Shown here: piece by piece, positions 8,767 through 17,285 of the stretch
Layout: every line of letters begins with the position of its first letter
How positions within the stretch are numbered: position 1 is the stretch's first letter
From: Christensenellaceae bacterium
GTDB lineage: Bacteria; Bacillota; Clostridia; Christensenellales; Borkfalkiaceae
Assembly (NCBI GenBank): GCA_045657285.1
Contig: JAZOST010000007.1
Location: 15,016 to 79,015, forward strand
DNA length: 64,000 nucleotides
Direction of reading: 5' to 3'
Translations under genes and position numbers: made by a program
Notes under the pieces: generated by a model
Database searches by the model: none
What the model was told of the DNA's origin: nothing
What the model saw: the letters and a program-made list of their open reading frames with translations, nothing else

Positions 8767-10180
8767 TAAGTATTTTCCTAAATAATCTCTCTTTGTCTTT
8801 TTGTATTTCCGTTTTGGGTTTAACTGGCATCGTGTTTTCAGGCTTAGTCATAAGATAATAGCGAAGTTCGTCTAAAGAGTGGTCGTCGTATTTTTTTGGC
8901 ACGTCCCCTTCTTTCCACCAATAACTTTTAAGTTCCCTTATAAGGTTTACACAATTCTTAAAAATGTAAATTCTGCTTTTGCCATTTACCACCTTTAAGT
9001 ACTGTTTTACACGTTGAATTCCGCTAAACAAGTCTTTATTTACCCTTGGGCTTGCTAAAATTCCTTGTTCAAAAAATAGTTCTGTTACCGATTTTACGCT
9101 TGATAGCGTTCTTTGATTTGCTGCCGAGTCAATAATCGCTTCTATTCTTCCTTTAGCGTCCTTTTTCCAACCGATTTTGCTTGATATTTCCTTTATTTTT
9201 TGAGAGTGGTAAGTAACGTCTTTTCCCGCTTCAAAATGCTCGGCAACAACGTAAACCGTGCCGTCGTAATCCACCGCGTACCAGTGCGCCGAAAGCGGAT
9301 TATTTAGTCCCGGGTCAATAGAGATTAAATCTTGCCAGTCGTAAGGAATAGAAAACGGCTCTATAACGTGAACGTTTTCGTCAAACTCTGGATAGACTAA
9401 CCCTACGCTTTCTCTAAACCTGCCGTATCTACGGCTTTCTAACTGGTCGTTAGATAGCGAAGCGGTTAAAAATTCTATTTCTTCGGGATTAAGAAAGGGG
9501 TTATCTGCCCATTCCATAAACTCACACCATACTTCGCTTGAATTTTTTTGGTTTAGGTAAATTTCGTCGTAAACGAAGGTTAATCCTTTAAGCGGTGTCA
9601 TTGTGCCGAAAATATCCCCGCGTTTATCAAATACGCGCATACGGCATTCGTCGTACACGTCTTTAGGTGGTTCTTCGTCAAACCACACAAAGTCAAGCGA
9701 CGAGCCTTGAAATTTTTCTCTACCTTGGTCGCAAGACTTAAAGCCTATTGTTGATATTCCGCCAAACACGTTTTTAATTTTTATTTGGTCAATAACGCCG
9801 TATTCTGGGCTTTCTTTTTTGCCTGAAAGCATAGTAATATCTTCAATCCAAGCGGGCGAAAGGTAAGACAAAATTTTTGCTTGCGCAACGTCACGTTGAA
9901 CTTGGGTTGAAAGAGATACCACCCAGCCGAAAACGTTATCTTTATTTTCTCTATAAGGGTGAATTCCCCTTGCCATATAAATGCTTTCTACCGCACCGCA
10001 TTCCGTTTTGCCACTACGGTTACCACCGAATACCCAGCGGTTTTTCTTTTTGCATTTGTGAAAGGCTAGTTGTTTTTTATGTACCTTTTCGCCAGTGTTA
10101 TAATTTAAAAGTTTTTCTTTTCCCTTTCGCCTTGAAAGTTCTAAATCAATCTCTTTAATTCTTTCAATAATCTCACGCAT
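8747..10180 (-). CDS. Phage terminase large subunit
   Basis: ATG at 10180 with an AGGAAG SD; the track's TTG at 10225 has none. Walker A GGNRSGKT, Walker B LDFVWFDEE, and nuclease acidic motifs SIDPG, IIDSAAN and DDHSLDELRY are present. Confidence 0.9.
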   Translation of the reverse strand: MREIIERIKEIDLELSRRKGKEKLLNYNTGEKVHKKQLAFHKCKKKNRWVFGGNRSGKTECGAVESIYMARGIHPYRENKDNVFGWVVSLSTQVQRDVAQAKILSYLSPAWIEDITMLSGKKESPEYGVIDQIKIKNVFGGISTIGFKSCDQGREKFQGSSLDFVWFDEEPPKDVYDECRMRVFDKRGDIFGTMTPLKGLTFVYDEIYLNQKNSSEVWCEFMEWADNPFLNPEEIEFLTASLSNDQLESRRYGRFRESVGLVYPEFDENVHVIEPFSIPYDWQDLISIDPGLNNPLSAHWYAVDYDGTVYVVAEHFEAGKDVTYHSQKIKEISSKIGWKKDAKGRIEAIIDSAANQRTLSSVKSVTELFFEQGILASPRVNKDLFSGIQRVKQYLKVVNGKSRIYIFKNCVNLIRELKSYWWKEGDVPKKYDDHSLDELRYYLMTKPENTMPVKPKTEIQKDKERLFRKILNERKNN

Positions 10181-10197
10181 AACCCACTTCCTGCCGT

Positions 10198-10225
10198 ATT
10201 GTATAGCGTAAATTTTTTGTTTCAA
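10198..10225 (-). promoter_or_regulatory. Sigma70-type promoter candidate for the phage-like operon
   Basis: Minus strand reads TTGAAA-16nt-TACAAT, preceded by an A/T-rich tract and about 18 nt upstream of the terL ATG. Confidence 0.45.
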
Positions 10226-10263
10226 TATCTATATGACGGCAAGAATTAAAAAAATTTTAAAAT

Positions 10264-10293
10264 AAAAAAACCTTGCAATTTTGCAAGGTTTTT
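10264..10293 (-). terminator. Intrinsic terminator of the MATE gene
   Basis: Stem ccttgca/tgcaagg with A-run and T-run flanks. Confidence 0.75.
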
Positions 10294-10317
10294 ATTATAT
10301 AATGATTAAATTTTGTA

Positions 10318-11706
10318 CTATATTGCCGTTTTTAGCGCGCTTTCTTTTTCGCTATCTAATTGAACTTTTTTCTTAAATTTTCTAAATTCCTTAGTAAACA
10401 CTATTGCTCCAACGATTATTGAAAGTATCCAACTTGTAGGCCAAGCAAAGTATAAGAAATACATCTCTGCACATAGCGGGAATATTAATTTTACCCAGAA
10501 AATTCTATATACACACGCAAATATAATAGAGATAATCATTGAACGGATTGACTTATTTATAGCACGTAGTGAATAGATAAAGACTTCCATTATCCCGCAC
10601 AAATAATAAGTTGAGCACAAAACTATAATTCTTTGTTTTGCATACATCATTACGTCTTCACTATCCGTCATTATAGAAAATAATGGTCTATTTAGTAGCA
10701 TTATTAAGCCACCAACTATTACGCCTAGCGCTATTATTATTAAAGACGCCTTTTTCATTACTTCTTTAATGCGCTGTGGATTTTTTGCGCCGTAGTTTTG
10801 CGAAACGAAAGACATTGCTGCAATCGCAGGAGAATATACTACGTAATAAAGCATTGCGTCAAATTGCGTTGATATTGATATGCCTGCCATTGCGTCTTTT
10901 CCCATAGAATTTACCGTTGATTGAATAAACACGTTTGCAAGCGAAAACATACAACCTTGTATACCGGTAGGTATTCCTATTAAAAGCAAGTCTTTAATTT
11001 CTTTTTTATAAAAACGAAACCTTTTCCATTTAAATCTAATCACGCTTTTTTCAAAAAGTAACCTTATAAAAGCAAGCACTGCCGAAACGGCTTGAGAAAT
11101 CACCGTTGCAATCGCTACGCCAGAAACCCCTAACCCAAATATTGCGACGAATATAACGTTAAGAATTACGTTTAATACGCCCGCAATTATTAGATAAATC
11201 ATAGGACGGATAGCGTCGCCTTTTGCACGAAGTATTTGCGCGGAATAGTTATATAAAAGCATAAATGGTGCGCCGATAAAATATATTTTTAGATACTTAG
11301 TTGATAAATCTAAAACGGCAGGGTCACAAGACATTAAAATAAGAAAACTTCTTGCAAAAATTAACGTAATACCCATAACTAATATACCGCTTATTAACGC
11401 CAGTAAAATAGAAGTTCCAACAACTTTTTCAACCCTTTCGCTTTCGCCTGAACCGATAAATCTTGCTATAAGTATATTAGCGCCCACCGATACACCTATA
11501 AATAAGCCGTTTATAAGATTTATAAGCGCCCCGTTAGAGCCTACCGCTGCGACTGCGTTATCACCGACGAAAATGCCCACGATGGCAACGTCTGCAGCGT
11601 TAAATAACATTTGCAAAATGTTCATTACCATTAGCGGAACTGCTATTTGCATAATCCCTTTAACTATAGGGCCGTTAAGCATATCCACGGATTTTGATTT
11701 AAGCAT
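10318..11706 (-). CDS. MATE-family efflux transporter
   Basis: 462 aa, about 12 TM segments, typical MATE N-terminus (GPIVKGIMQIAVPLMVMNILQMLFNAADVAIVG). Confidence 0.9.
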   Translation of the reverse strand: MLKSKSVDMLNGPIVKGIMQIAVPLMVMNILQMLFNAADVAIVGIFVGDNAVAAVGSNGALINLINGLFIGVSVGANILIARFIGSGESERVEKVVGTSILLALISGILVMGITLIFARSFLILMSCDPAVLDLSTKYLKIYFIGAPFMLLYNYSAQILRAKGDAIRPMIYLIIAGVLNVILNVIFVAIFGLGVSGVAIATVISQAVSAVLAFIRLLFEKSVIRFKWKRFRFYKKEIKDLLLIGIPTGIQGCMFSLANVFIQSTVNSMGKDAMAGISISTQFDAMLYYVVYSPAIAAMSFVSQNYGAKNPQRIKEVMKKASLIIIALGVIVGGLIMLLNRPLFSIMTDSEDVMMYAKQRIIVLCSTYYLCGIMEVFIYSLRAINKSIRSMIISIIFACVYRIFWVKLIFPLCAEMYFLYFAWPTSWILSIIVGAIVFTKEFRKFKKKVQLDSEKESALKTAI

Positions 11707-11798
11707 TAGAACTCTCCTTTAGATAATTTCATTATACGCCCCTAAAAATTAAAAAGCAAACTTTATAACCACCATTTTAACGAAAATTTACGAAACTT

Positions 11799-11826
11799 AA
11801 AAGCACCTTAAATAAGGTGCTTTTTT
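11799..11826 (-). terminator. Intrinsic terminator after folA
   Basis: Stem gcacctt/aaggtgc with a 4-nt loop, flanked by A and T runs. Confidence 0.6.
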
Positions 11827-11827
11827 A

Positions 11828-12328
11828 TTAAAATTCTTTAACTTTACTATTTTTATAAGTAGTAAATTTAATGCTATATCCGTTTGTTTCTTTTGTTTCA
11901 CTTTCGTAAACGCAAGACCAGTTTGAAAGCGTATCAAGGTTTTCGTAAAACACTTCCGCACCGCCGTCCGCATCAACTTTTGTAACTAAAACTTCACTGC
12001 AATACGGCAACATAGTTTTATAAAACATTGCTCCGCCTATAATAAAAACGTCGTCAGTGTTAAAGTTTTTAAGAACTGAAGAAAGTTCTTCTAAAGACTC
12101 TACAATAAGGCAATCTTCTCTTTTCTCGCCACCTGGGAATAATACGATATTAGTTCTATTTTTTAAGGGGTTGCCATTTGGAAAGGATTTTAGGGTGTTA
12201 CTACCCATTACAACGACTTTATTTAGAGTTTTTTCCCTAAAAAATTTCATATCTTCGGGAAGGCTAAATAAAAGGTCGTTCTTTTTACCTATTCCCCATT
12301 TTTTATCTACCGCAACTATTGCTTTCAT
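11828..12328 (-). CDS. folA: Dihydrofolate reductase
   Basis: 166 aa with the DHFR signature AIVAVDKKWGIGKKNDLLFSLPEDMKFFREKT. The start overlaps the thyA stop. Confidence 0.92.
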   Translation of the reverse strand: MKAIVAVDKKWGIGKKNDLLFSLPEDMKFFREKTLNKVVVMGSNTLKSFPNGNPLKNRTNIVLFPGGEKREDCLIVESLEELSSVLKNFNTDDVFIIGGAMFYKTMLPYCSEVLVTKVDADGGAEVFYENLDTLSNWSCVYESETKETNGYSIKFTTYKNSKVKEF

Positions 12329-13158
12329 TATACAGCCACCTCAATTTTATCTTCTAGTTTAGTAAATTCATAACCTTCAAGTTTAAAGTCATCAACCGTG
12401 AAGTCGTAAAAGTTTTTAACTTCGGGGTTTATCCAAAACTTTGGCGCGGGGAACTGCTCATTATTTAGTATCTTTTTAACGATAGGAACGTGTCTATCAT
12501 AAATGTGAGCGTCCGCAATAACGTGAACAAGTTCTCCTACCTTTAGCCCTGAGACTTGCGCAAACATATGTAAAAGTACCGCGTATTGAACTACGTTCCA
12601 GTTATTAGCCGTCAAAACGTCGTTACTTCTTTGGTTAAGTATTCCGTTTAGGGTATCCCCTGAAACGTTAAAAGTCATTGAATATGCACAAGGATAAAGG
12701 TGCATTTCGTTTAGGTCTTGATGAACGTAAATATTCGTCATAATACGCCTAGATTGCGGATTGTTTTTAAGGTCAAATAAAACCCTATCAACTTGGTCAA
12801 ATTCGCCTTCTTTATATTTATGCTTTACGCCTAATTGATAGCCGTACGCCTTACCTATTGAACCGCTTTCGTCCGCCCAACTATCCCAAATGTGAGAGTT
12901 AAGTTCGTTGACGTTATTAGACTTTTTTTGCCAAATCCATAAAATTTCGTCAATAGCCGACTTAAACGCCGTACGACGTAGGGTTATTATAGGAAATTCT
13001 TTAGTTAAGTCGTATCTATTTACTATACAAAACTTTTTAACGGTATGTGCGGGCGTGCCGTCAAGCCATTTGGGACGAACTTCTAAATCAGTATCCCAAA
13101 ATCCGTTATCTATAATTTGATTACAAGTATCAATAAAAATTTTATCTGCTAAACTCAT
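12328..13158 (-). CDS. thyA: Thymidylate synthase (ThyA type)
   Basis: 276 aa with catalytic Cys in LYPCAYSMTF, plus NQRSNDV and ADAHIY motifs. Confidence 0.92.
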   Translation of the reverse strand: MSLADKIFIDTCNQIIDNGFWDTDLEVRPKWLDGTPAHTVKKFCIVNRYDLTKEFPIITLRRTAFKSAIDEILWIWQKKSNNVNELNSHIWDSWADESGSIGKAYGYQLGVKHKYKEGEFDQVDRVLFDLKNNPQSRRIMTNIYVHQDLNEMHLYPCAYSMTFNVSGDTLNGILNQRSNDVLTANNWNVVQYAVLLHMFAQVSGLKVGELVHVIADAHIYDRHVPIVKKILNNEQFPAPKFWINPEVKNFYDFTVDDFKLEGYEFTKLEDKIEVAV

Positions 13159-13176
13159 AATTTTTCTCCCTTGCTT

Positions 13177-13962
13177 CTAAAATGCATCTTTTGTAATATT
13201 TTTCCAGCGATTTGCAATAAACTTTAATTTTAGTTTTTTTGGAACTAATTTCATAATAAAATTTAAGAATTTATTAAAACCACCGGGAATATATATCATT
13301 TTGTTTTTTGATAGCGCTTTAAGTGATTTTCTAGCCACGTTTTCTGGGCTAACTGAAGAAAGTTTTCCCCATAAACCTTGACCTTTTATATCTTCAATAA
13401 TGTCAGGTCTTGTGGGAACGCCACCGGGAAGTACTGCCGTTACTTTAACGCCGTCTTTTTTTAATTCGTAATGAAGCGAACAATACAAATTCGTTAGCAT
13501 TGCCTTGGTTGCCGAATACAATGCAAAATACGGCATAGGCGAAACCCCACTCATACTGCTAACTGCTAAAAGTTCGCATTTTTCCGCCCTTCTTTTAAGC
13601 AAAGAATAAGTTAAATGCGTAGTTGATTCCGCGTTCACGCGAAGTTGAAATAAAATCTTTTCTTCAGTGTAGTTCATAAACGCTTTTTGCGTATCTACAC
13701 CCGCAACTAAAAGTATTTTATCTAGCGTTATACTTAAAGCGTCAATACGCTCTAGCATAGCCTTTCGCTCTTTTTCGCTAGTTAAATCACACGCGAAAAT
13801 TTCTATTTTAATATTCGGGTTTAGTTTAATAAGTTCAGCCTTTAAAATAGCAAGTTTTTCTTCACTTCTACCCGTTAATAATAAGTTATTACCTTGTTTT
13901 GCGCACTCAATAGAAAAGGCTTTGCCTATTCCACCCGTCGCGCCCGATATAAACGTAAACAT
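13177..13962 (-). CDS. SDR-family oxidoreductase
   Basis: 261 aa with ISGATGGIGKAF Rossmann motif and catalytic YSATKAM (YxxxK). Confidence 0.85.
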   Translation of the reverse strand: MFTFISGATGGIGKAFSIECAKQGNNLLLTGRSEEKLAILKAELIKLNPNIKIEIFACDLTSEKERKAMLERIDALSITLDKILLVAGVDTQKAFMNYTEEKILFQLRVNAESTTHLTYSLLKRRAEKCELLAVSSMSGVSPMPYFALYSATKAMLTNLYCSLHYELKKDGVKVTAVLPGGVPTRPDIIEDIKGQGLWGKLSSVSPENVARKSLKALSKNKMIYIPGGFNKFLNFIMKLVPKKLKLKFIANRWKNITKDAF

Positions 13963-13964
13963 AA

Positions 13965-14207
13965 TTATTTAGTAAGCATTACCTTGCTTTTTACACCACT
14001 AATCATACCGAGTTTGCCCGATAAACTATTTATGGTTTCTTGCGGTGCATCTAAAACTACGTTTATTATGTTTATATTTTTCGGCTTATAAGGAAGACCT
14101 TGCCTGCCTATAATATAATCTCTAAATTCGTGAAATACCGCGTTTACGGCTTCAACTGCATTTTTATCGCTAACTATTACACCAATTATTGCAATTTTGT
14201 TTTCCAT
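13965..14207 (-). CDS. TM1266-like small regulatory protein (NikR C-terminal/ACT-like; the so-called iron-only hydrogenase system regulator family)
   Basis: About 80 aa from the ATG at 14207. IAIIGVIV...AVNAVFHEF..IIGRQGLPY......INVVLDAP.E.INSLSGKLG.ISGVK matches my memory of TM1266-family proteins. Confidence 0.55.
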   Translation of the reverse strand: MENKIAIIGVIVSDKNAVEAVNAVFHEFRDYIIGRQGLPYKPKNINIINVVLDAPQETINSLSGKLGMISGVKSKVMLTK

Positions 14208-14262
14208 TTGTTTACCTATCCGCAATATTTTTACTTTTATATTTTATCACACCTATTTTCTT

Positions 14263-14964
14263 TTAGCAATACATTTCCCCTTTTTTTACCGCTTCTTTTA
14301 TCTTCAAAATGGCTTGCTTTTCTATGCGCGATATGTATGAACGCGAAATTTTTAAAAACTTAGCCACTTCGCGTTGGGCGTAGTTCCTATCCCCCTTTAG
14401 TCCATACCTTAAACAAATTATTGCATATTCCCTTTTGGTGAGTATAATTTTGAGAAATTTTAAGAATTTTTCACGCTCAATACTTTTATCAACCCGTGCA
14501 AACACGTCTTCTTCCTTTTCACAAATAACGTCCATAAGCGTTAGTTCGTTGCCGTCTTTATCTTGACCTACGCTATCCGATAAATAAACGTCACCACGTC
14601 TTTTCTTATTTGCGCGAAGAAGCATTAAAATTTCGTTTTCTATACACCTTGCGGTATAAGTGGCAAGCGCCGAGCCTTTGCCCGCTTCGTAACTATTTAT
14701 CGCTTTAATTAGCCCAATGCTACCTACCGAAATTAAGTCGTCAGTTTCAGCAGAACCGTTATACTTTTTTACAATGTGAGCAACAAGGCGCATATTGTGT
14801 TTTATAAGTTTATCACGCGCGGATTTGTCGCCTTCTTTCATGCGCCTTAAACAATCCGCTTCTTCGGTTTTGGAAAGCGGTTTTGGAAAGGTGTTCCCAC
14901 CGATTACGCTACCAGCAAAAAATGTAATTTTGCCTATTAAAAACATTAACGCTTCTAAAAACAT
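14263..14964 (-). CDS. sigK: Sporulation sigma factor pro-sigma-K
   Basis: 233 aa. After a hydrophobic pro-sequence comes NTFPKPLSKTEE...HNMRLVAHIVKKY...LATYTARCIENEILM...SRSYISRIEKQAI, which is close to B. subtilis SigK. The gene is uninterrupted. Confidence 0.85.
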   Translation of the reverse strand: MFLEALMFLIGKITFFAGSVIGGNTFPKPLSKTEEADCLRRMKEGDKSARDKLIKHNMRLVAHIVKKYNGSAETDDLISVGSIGLIKAINSYEAGKGSALATYTARCIENEILMLLRANKKRRGDVYLSDSVGQDKDGNELTLMDVICEKEEDVFARVDKSIEREKFLKFLKIILTKREYAIICLRYGLKGDRNYAQREVAKFLKISRSYISRIEKQAILKIKEAVKKGEMYC

Positions 14965-15228
14965 AAATAAGTCCCCTTAAACTTTTTTAATACACTATGC
15001 CCATTAAAAAAATAAAATACCTTGCCACTAAAAAAACGTCATAAAAGTATTTACTTATTTTTTTTAGGACTTATAATGCCTTCAGCGTTTGGAAAAATTA
15101 AAGGAGCGTGAAATGGTTATTAAAACTTATTATTGTTTCAATCTATTATCGTTTTACGATAGATTGCGCATAGAAAGAGAAAAGTTTTTTAGCAAAAGTA
15201 ATGCCTCTTCTTAAAAAGGAAGGTGCGT

Positions 15229-15771
15229 ATGAGCATTAACGACATTGAAAAACTTTCAGACTACGGCGTTAAAACTATTATAATTGCAATACTGGCAACA
15301 ATCGTTTACCTAGCGTGCGATAAGTTCTTGAAAGAAAAACTTAAAACCTTCAAAAACTACGTTGCACTTGTAGTAGCGGTGGCGTTAGAAGTCGCTTTTG
15401 ACGTGATTTTTATTACTAAAGAATTCGTAATAAATACTGATTGTATTTATTCGGGCGTAATTACCGGCTCGCTTGCGACGGCGCTTGGCGTTTTTATAAA
15501 GAAAATAAAAAATAAAAAGCCCGTTACCTTTAGCGCAACTAGGCTTACTATTGAAGGGCTTTTGGACGGAATTGTACCTTGTGAAAATAAGGAAGGCGTT
15601 GCTATGCTTATTGAAAACGTTTATACCGAAAATAAAGATAAACTTTCGGGGGCGGAACTTTCACTAGAAATTAACAACCGAATAAATAAAACGTTTGGTT
15701 TAAGTATTAGCGAACAAACCGTTCTAATAATAATTACACAATTATTAAAAATTAAAAACGCAAAAAAATAA
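15229..15771 (+). CDS. Hypothetical membrane protein (3 predicted TM segments plus a soluble C-terminal domain)
   Basis: ATG at 15229 with an AAGGAAGG SD. Three hydrophobic segments are followed by an approximately 85-aa polar domain. It has its own terminator and I recognise no family. Confidence 0.6.
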   Translation: MSINDIEKLSDYGVKTIIIAILATIVYLACDKFLKEKLKTFKNYVALVVAVALEVAFDVIFITKEFVINTDCIYSGVITGSLATALGVFIKKIKNKKPVTFSATRLTIEGLLDGIVPCENKEGVAMLIENVYTENKDKLSGAELSLEINNRINKTFGLSISEQTVLIIITQLLKIKNAKK

Positions 15772-15776
15772 TAATG

Positions 15777-15805
15777 GTCGGCAAGAAATTGCCGACTTTT
15801 ATTTT
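15777..15805 (+). terminator. Intrinsic terminator after the 180-aa membrane protein gene
   Basis: Stem gtcggcaa/ttgccgac with loop gaaa, then ttttatttt. It overlies the first codons of the track ORF that starts at 15774. Confidence 0.8.
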
Positions 15806-15835
15806 GCATATTTTTACGCCGATAAAAAATACTAT
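15806..15835 (+). promoter_or_regulatory. Forespore sigma-G-like promoter candidate for the ger operon
   Basis: GCATA-18nt-aATACTA resembles the sigma-G consensus (gnATR-N18-cAtnnTA). The -10 ends 4 nt before the ATG at 15840. Confidence 0.3.
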
Positions 15836-15839
15836 CTCT

Positions 15840-17285
15840 ATGAATATATCCCCTTTATTAAGCGAAAACGTTAATGTTATAAAGGAAAAATTAAAATCTA
15901 GCGACGTAGAGTTTTTGCCACTTCAAATATCTAATGCAAACGCCACTTTAATTTATATAACCGACATAGTAAACAAAGAAGCGCTTGGCGAATTTGTTAT
16001 AAAACCCCTAGCCGAATATAAGGGCGAAGTATCTAAAGAAAATATTAAAAAAGTCTTCTTTTCGCCTGAAAAAAAGGAAGTGGAAAAAATTAGTAACTGC
16101 CTAGAAGAAGTAGTTTCAGGTAAATCCGTTCTACTTATTGATGGATTAAATTTAGCGTTTTCTTTTGGTCTTGAAAAGTATGAAAAACGTGCGATTACCG
16201 AACCGCCCACGTCAACCGTGCTTAAAGGTCCACGGGAAGGCTTTGTTGAAAGTTTGCCTGTAAACGTTAGTATGATTAGGCGTAGGCTTAAAACCCCTGA
16301 CCTTACTTTTGAGTATATTACCGCGGGCAAAATTTCTAAAACAACTATTGCACTTTGCTACGTTTCGGGGCTAGCAGATGATAAATTAGTTTCCGATTTG
16401 CGCAAAAAAATTAAAAATATAAAAATAAACGCGGTTTTAGATTCTTCGTACGTTTCTAAACTAATAGGCGAACATAGAAGTTCACTTTTTAAGCAACTTG
16501 GTAACACTGAAAAGCCCGATATTTTAATATCAAAAATTCTAGAAGGTAGGGTTGCAATTATAGTTGACGGCTCGCCTATCGTACTTACCGCGCCGTACCT
16601 TCTAATTGAAGACTTTCATAGTCCAAGCGATTCTTACACGTCGCCATACACCGCAACTCTTGCAAGAATTTTGCGGTTCTTTGCGGTGTTTATTTCAATA
16701 TTCTTGCCCGCTTTTTTCGTTGCGTCTGAACTTTTTCATCTTCAACTTATTCCATTATCCTTTTTACTTACTATAGTAAATAGCGTTAAAGGAATACCAC
16801 TTTCTCCAAGTTACGAAATGTTTTTTACTCTTTTAATTTTTGAAACACTTAACGAAGCAAGCGTTAGAATGCCTAAATACGTGGGCATGGTGGTTTCTAT
16901 CGTAGGCGGTCTAGTTCTTGGCGAAACGGCGGTAAATGCTGGTATTATTTCCGCACCCGCTCTTATGATAATTGCCTTTTCGGGAATTTGCCTTTATACC
17001 GTTCCCGAACTTGAACAAGCCTTTTCCGTTTTAAGACTTGCCTTTTTAGTCGTAGGCGGTTCAATAGGCGGGTACGGACTAATTATAGTTAGCGCATTTA
17101 CTCTTATTTATTTAGTGTCGTTTGAAAGTTTTGGCGCTCCACTTATGGCGCCATTTTCTCCGCTGATAAAAAACGACTTAAAAGATAGTATTTATAAGGG
17201 CTTTTTGCCTGAAGAAAGTTCCACGCCTATCTCAATAAACTATAAAAAATTTAAGCGTGAAAATCAACTAAAGGAGCGATTATGA
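15840..17285 (+). CDS. Spore germination receptor A subunit (GerAA/GerKA family)
   Basis: About 481 aa from the ATG at 15840. It has the LKGPREGFVESL..N.SMIRRRL motif and a C-terminal multi-TM domain typical of GerA proteins. Confidence 0.88.
   Translation: MNISPLLSENVNVIKEKLKSSDVEFLPLQISNANATLIYITDIVNKEALGEFVIKPLAEYKGEVSKENIKKVFFSPEKKEVEKISNCLEEVVSGKSVLLIDGLNLAFSFGLEKYEKRAITEPPTSTVLKGPREGFVESLPVNVSMIRRRLKTPDLTFEYITAGKISKTTIALCYVSGLADDKLVSDLRKKIKNIKINAVLDSSYVSKLIGEHRSSLFKQLGNTEKPDILISKILEGRVAIIVDGSPIVLTAPYLLIEDFHSPSDSYTSPYTATLARILRFFAVFISIFLPAFFVASELFHLQLIPLSFLLTIVNSVKGIPLSPSYEMFFTLLIFETLNEASVRMPKYVGMVVSIVGGLVLGETAVNAGIISAPALMIIAFSGICLYTVPELEQAFSVLRLAFLVVGGSIGGYGLIIVSAFTLIYLVSFESFGAPLMAPFSPLIKNDLKDSIYKGFLPEESSTPISINYKKFKRENQLKERL

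Larger units (their letters stand above)
2109..10240 (-). mobile_element. Phage-derived head-assembly/packaging island with no tail, lysis, integrase or replication genes
   Basis: Eight co-oriented, translationally coupled ORFs: TerL, terS-like, portal, scaffold, major capsid, adaptor-like and two unknowns. They are bounded by one promoter and one terminator and flanked by core genes. Confidence 0.7.

Noticed and set aside
10229-10237. att-site style direct repeats flanking the phage-like island.
   Set aside because: Only an 8-nt match (tatatgac) is shared between the two ends. That is not significant in AT-rich DNA, and no integrase or tRNA target is present.
10318-13158. MATE, folA and thyA as possible phage cargo extending the island.
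   Set aside because: They are separated from terL by a terminator and a promoter. folA-thyA is a standard host operon, and nothing phage-like lies beyond them.
14991-14999. A sigma-K-type -10 (CATAgtgTA on the minus strand) upstream of sigK.
   Set aside because: The -10 matches CATAnnnTA, but no AC -35 element lies at the required 16-17 nt spacing. It is too weak to call from sequence alone.
15774-15839. The N-terminal 22 codons of the track ORF for the GerAA-like gene (start at 15774).
   Set aside because: This stretch is a strong intrinsic terminator (gtcggcaa-gaaa-ttgccgac plus a T-run) for the upstream gene. The start was moved to the ATG at 15840.
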